Source of the DNA: Patescibacteria group bacterium
Lineage (GTDB): Bacteria > Patescibacteriota > Patescibacteriia > Magasanikbacterales > JBBTQS01
Assembly: GCA_038065555.1 (NCBI GenBank)
Contig: JBBTQS010000001.1
Location: 256,741 to 320,740 of the forward strand
DNA: 64,000 nt
Direction of reading: 5' to 3'
The notes under the pieces were generated by a model, which was not told the DNA's origin, did no database searches, and saw only the letters and a list, made by a program, of their open reading frames with translations. The position numbers and the translations under genes were made by a program. Positions 63,230 through 64,000 of the stretch are shown one piece after another; the stretch's first letter is position 1; each line of letters starts with the position of its first letter.

Positions 63230-64000
63230 AGCGCTGTTCGACTGATATCAAGGACTACCAGCGCAATTCCAATTGCAGCACTCACACCAGAGACCAACCA
63301 GAATCGCATGGTGACGCGATAGCTTGGCCATCCTTTGGCTTCGAAGTGATGATGAATCGGCGCAACAAGAAAGATTTTCTTCTTTCGGATTTTCTTGGAG
63401 GCGAGTTGCAGTGCAACGGAGAGGGCTTCGATCACGAGGACAGAGCCGATGATAGGGAGCAACAGCACTGTGTCTGTGAAGAATGCGATGACAGCAAGAG
63501 TTGTTGTGAGTCCCATAATCCCCGTCTCACCCATGTAGAATCGCGCTGGAGGAATGTTGAACCAAAGGAATGCGAGAATAGAGCCTGCGATGACAGCGCA
63601 CAGAATCGCAATGTCATCCTGTCCGCGCATGAAAGCAATCACAGAGTACGCGCTGTACATGATCGTGAACACGCCACCTGCCAGTCCATCGAGTCCATCA
63701 ACAACACTCGTGCTGAAGACCCCCATGATGATGCTGATGAAAAGTGGAATGTACCACCACCCAATGAAGACATCGCCGTAAAACGGAATATGCAGCTCGT
63801 TCCATCCCAACTTGAAGAAGAACCAGTATGCACCTACGAGTCCGATCAAAAAGACAAACAACAATCGTCGACGAAATGTAATACCACCGCCCTTGGCTAC
63901 GTCTCCTCGCTCACGAACCACAAGGAGATCATCAACAAGACCGAGCAGTGACGCGGAGAGCAATGTGAAAAGCGGAATCCATGTCTGAGAACGACTCAGG
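63226..64000 (-). CDS. mraY: phospho-N-acetylmuramoyl-pentapeptide transferase (partial; N-terminus beyond window edge)
   Basis: C-terminal MraY motifs VAPIHHHFEAKGW and GETGIMGLTTTLAVIAFF; the ORF is open to the window end. Confidence 0.85.
   Translation of the reverse strand, partial: LSRSQTWIPLFTLLSASLLGLVDDLLVVRERGDVAKGGGITFRRRLLFVFLIGLVGAYWFFFKLGWNELHIPFYGDVFIGWWYIPLFISIIMGVFSTSVVDGLDGLAGGVFTIMYSAYSVIAFMRGQDDIAILCAVIAGSILAFLWFNIPPARFYMGETGIMGLTTTLAVIAFFTDTVLLLPIIGSVLVIEALSVALQLASKKIRKKKIFLVAPIHHHFEAKGWPSYRVTMRFWLVSGVSAAIGIALVVLDISRTAL

Noticed and set aside
1-64000. CRISPR arrays, transposases/IS elements, integrases, rRNA genes
   Set aside because: No direct-repeat/spacer periodicity, no DDE or tyrosine-recombinase-like ORFs, and no rRNA-like sequence were found; the only RNA genes are tRNA-Gln and tmRNA.

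Overview
This 64-kb window comes from a roughly 53% GC bacterial genome. Its gene content looks Patescibacteria/CPR-like, but that assignment is tentative.

Housekeeping genes include dnaX, tRNA-Gln(CUG), greA, trhO, smpB followed immediately by tmRNA (ssrA), and the 3' part of a dcw cluster (mraY-ftsW-murG).

Notable blocks:
(i) bp 25-4190: a VirD4/TraG-like coupling ATPase module with three uncharacterised partner genes.
(ii) bp 5.9-12.4 kb: a heavy-metal RND efflux operon on the minus strand (HME-RND pump, long His-tailed adaptor, tandem-domain His-rich periplasmic protein, small membrane protein) driven by a TTTACA-16-TATAAT promoter with a leaderless first gene.
(iii) Two ABC-2 type exporters, a tandem pair of degenerate NUDIX-like paralogs, and a secreted C39-like peptidase-domain protein.
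(iv) bp 24-48 kb: a large cell-surface/glycosylation supercluster. It holds two giant Ser/Thr-rich beta-rich surface proteins (1093 aa and 1232 aa) that share a novel ~115-aa terminal domain, and three tandem O-antigen-ligase(Wzy_C)-TPR fusion paralogs plus a fourth Wzy_C protein. It also holds five GT4 glycosyltransferases, a UDP-glucuronate decarboxylase, a Wzz-like protein, and an ECF sigma/anti-sigma pair directly upstream of one surface-protein gene.
(v) bp 48.5-53.3 kb: a visibly GC-richer island with three separately promoted secreted or outer-membrane-type proteins. These are a lipoprotein with CxDGxxCTxDxC cysteine-rich repeats, an OmpA-like domain protein with a C-terminal beta-barrel-like region ending in Phe, and a coiled-coil secreted protein. 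Each has a long structured 5' UTR.

Two recurring promoter architectures are visible on the minus strand. One is CTTGACAAAA-N13-TAnnnT. The other is an extended -10 element TGTGCTATACT (or TGGTACAAT) followed by leaderless or near-leaderless start codons.

A candidate ~84-nt sRNA lies convergent to a lipoprotein gene (promoter plus intrinsic terminator). No CRISPR arrays or transposases were seen.

Coordinates of short motifs are approximate (about +/-2 nt).
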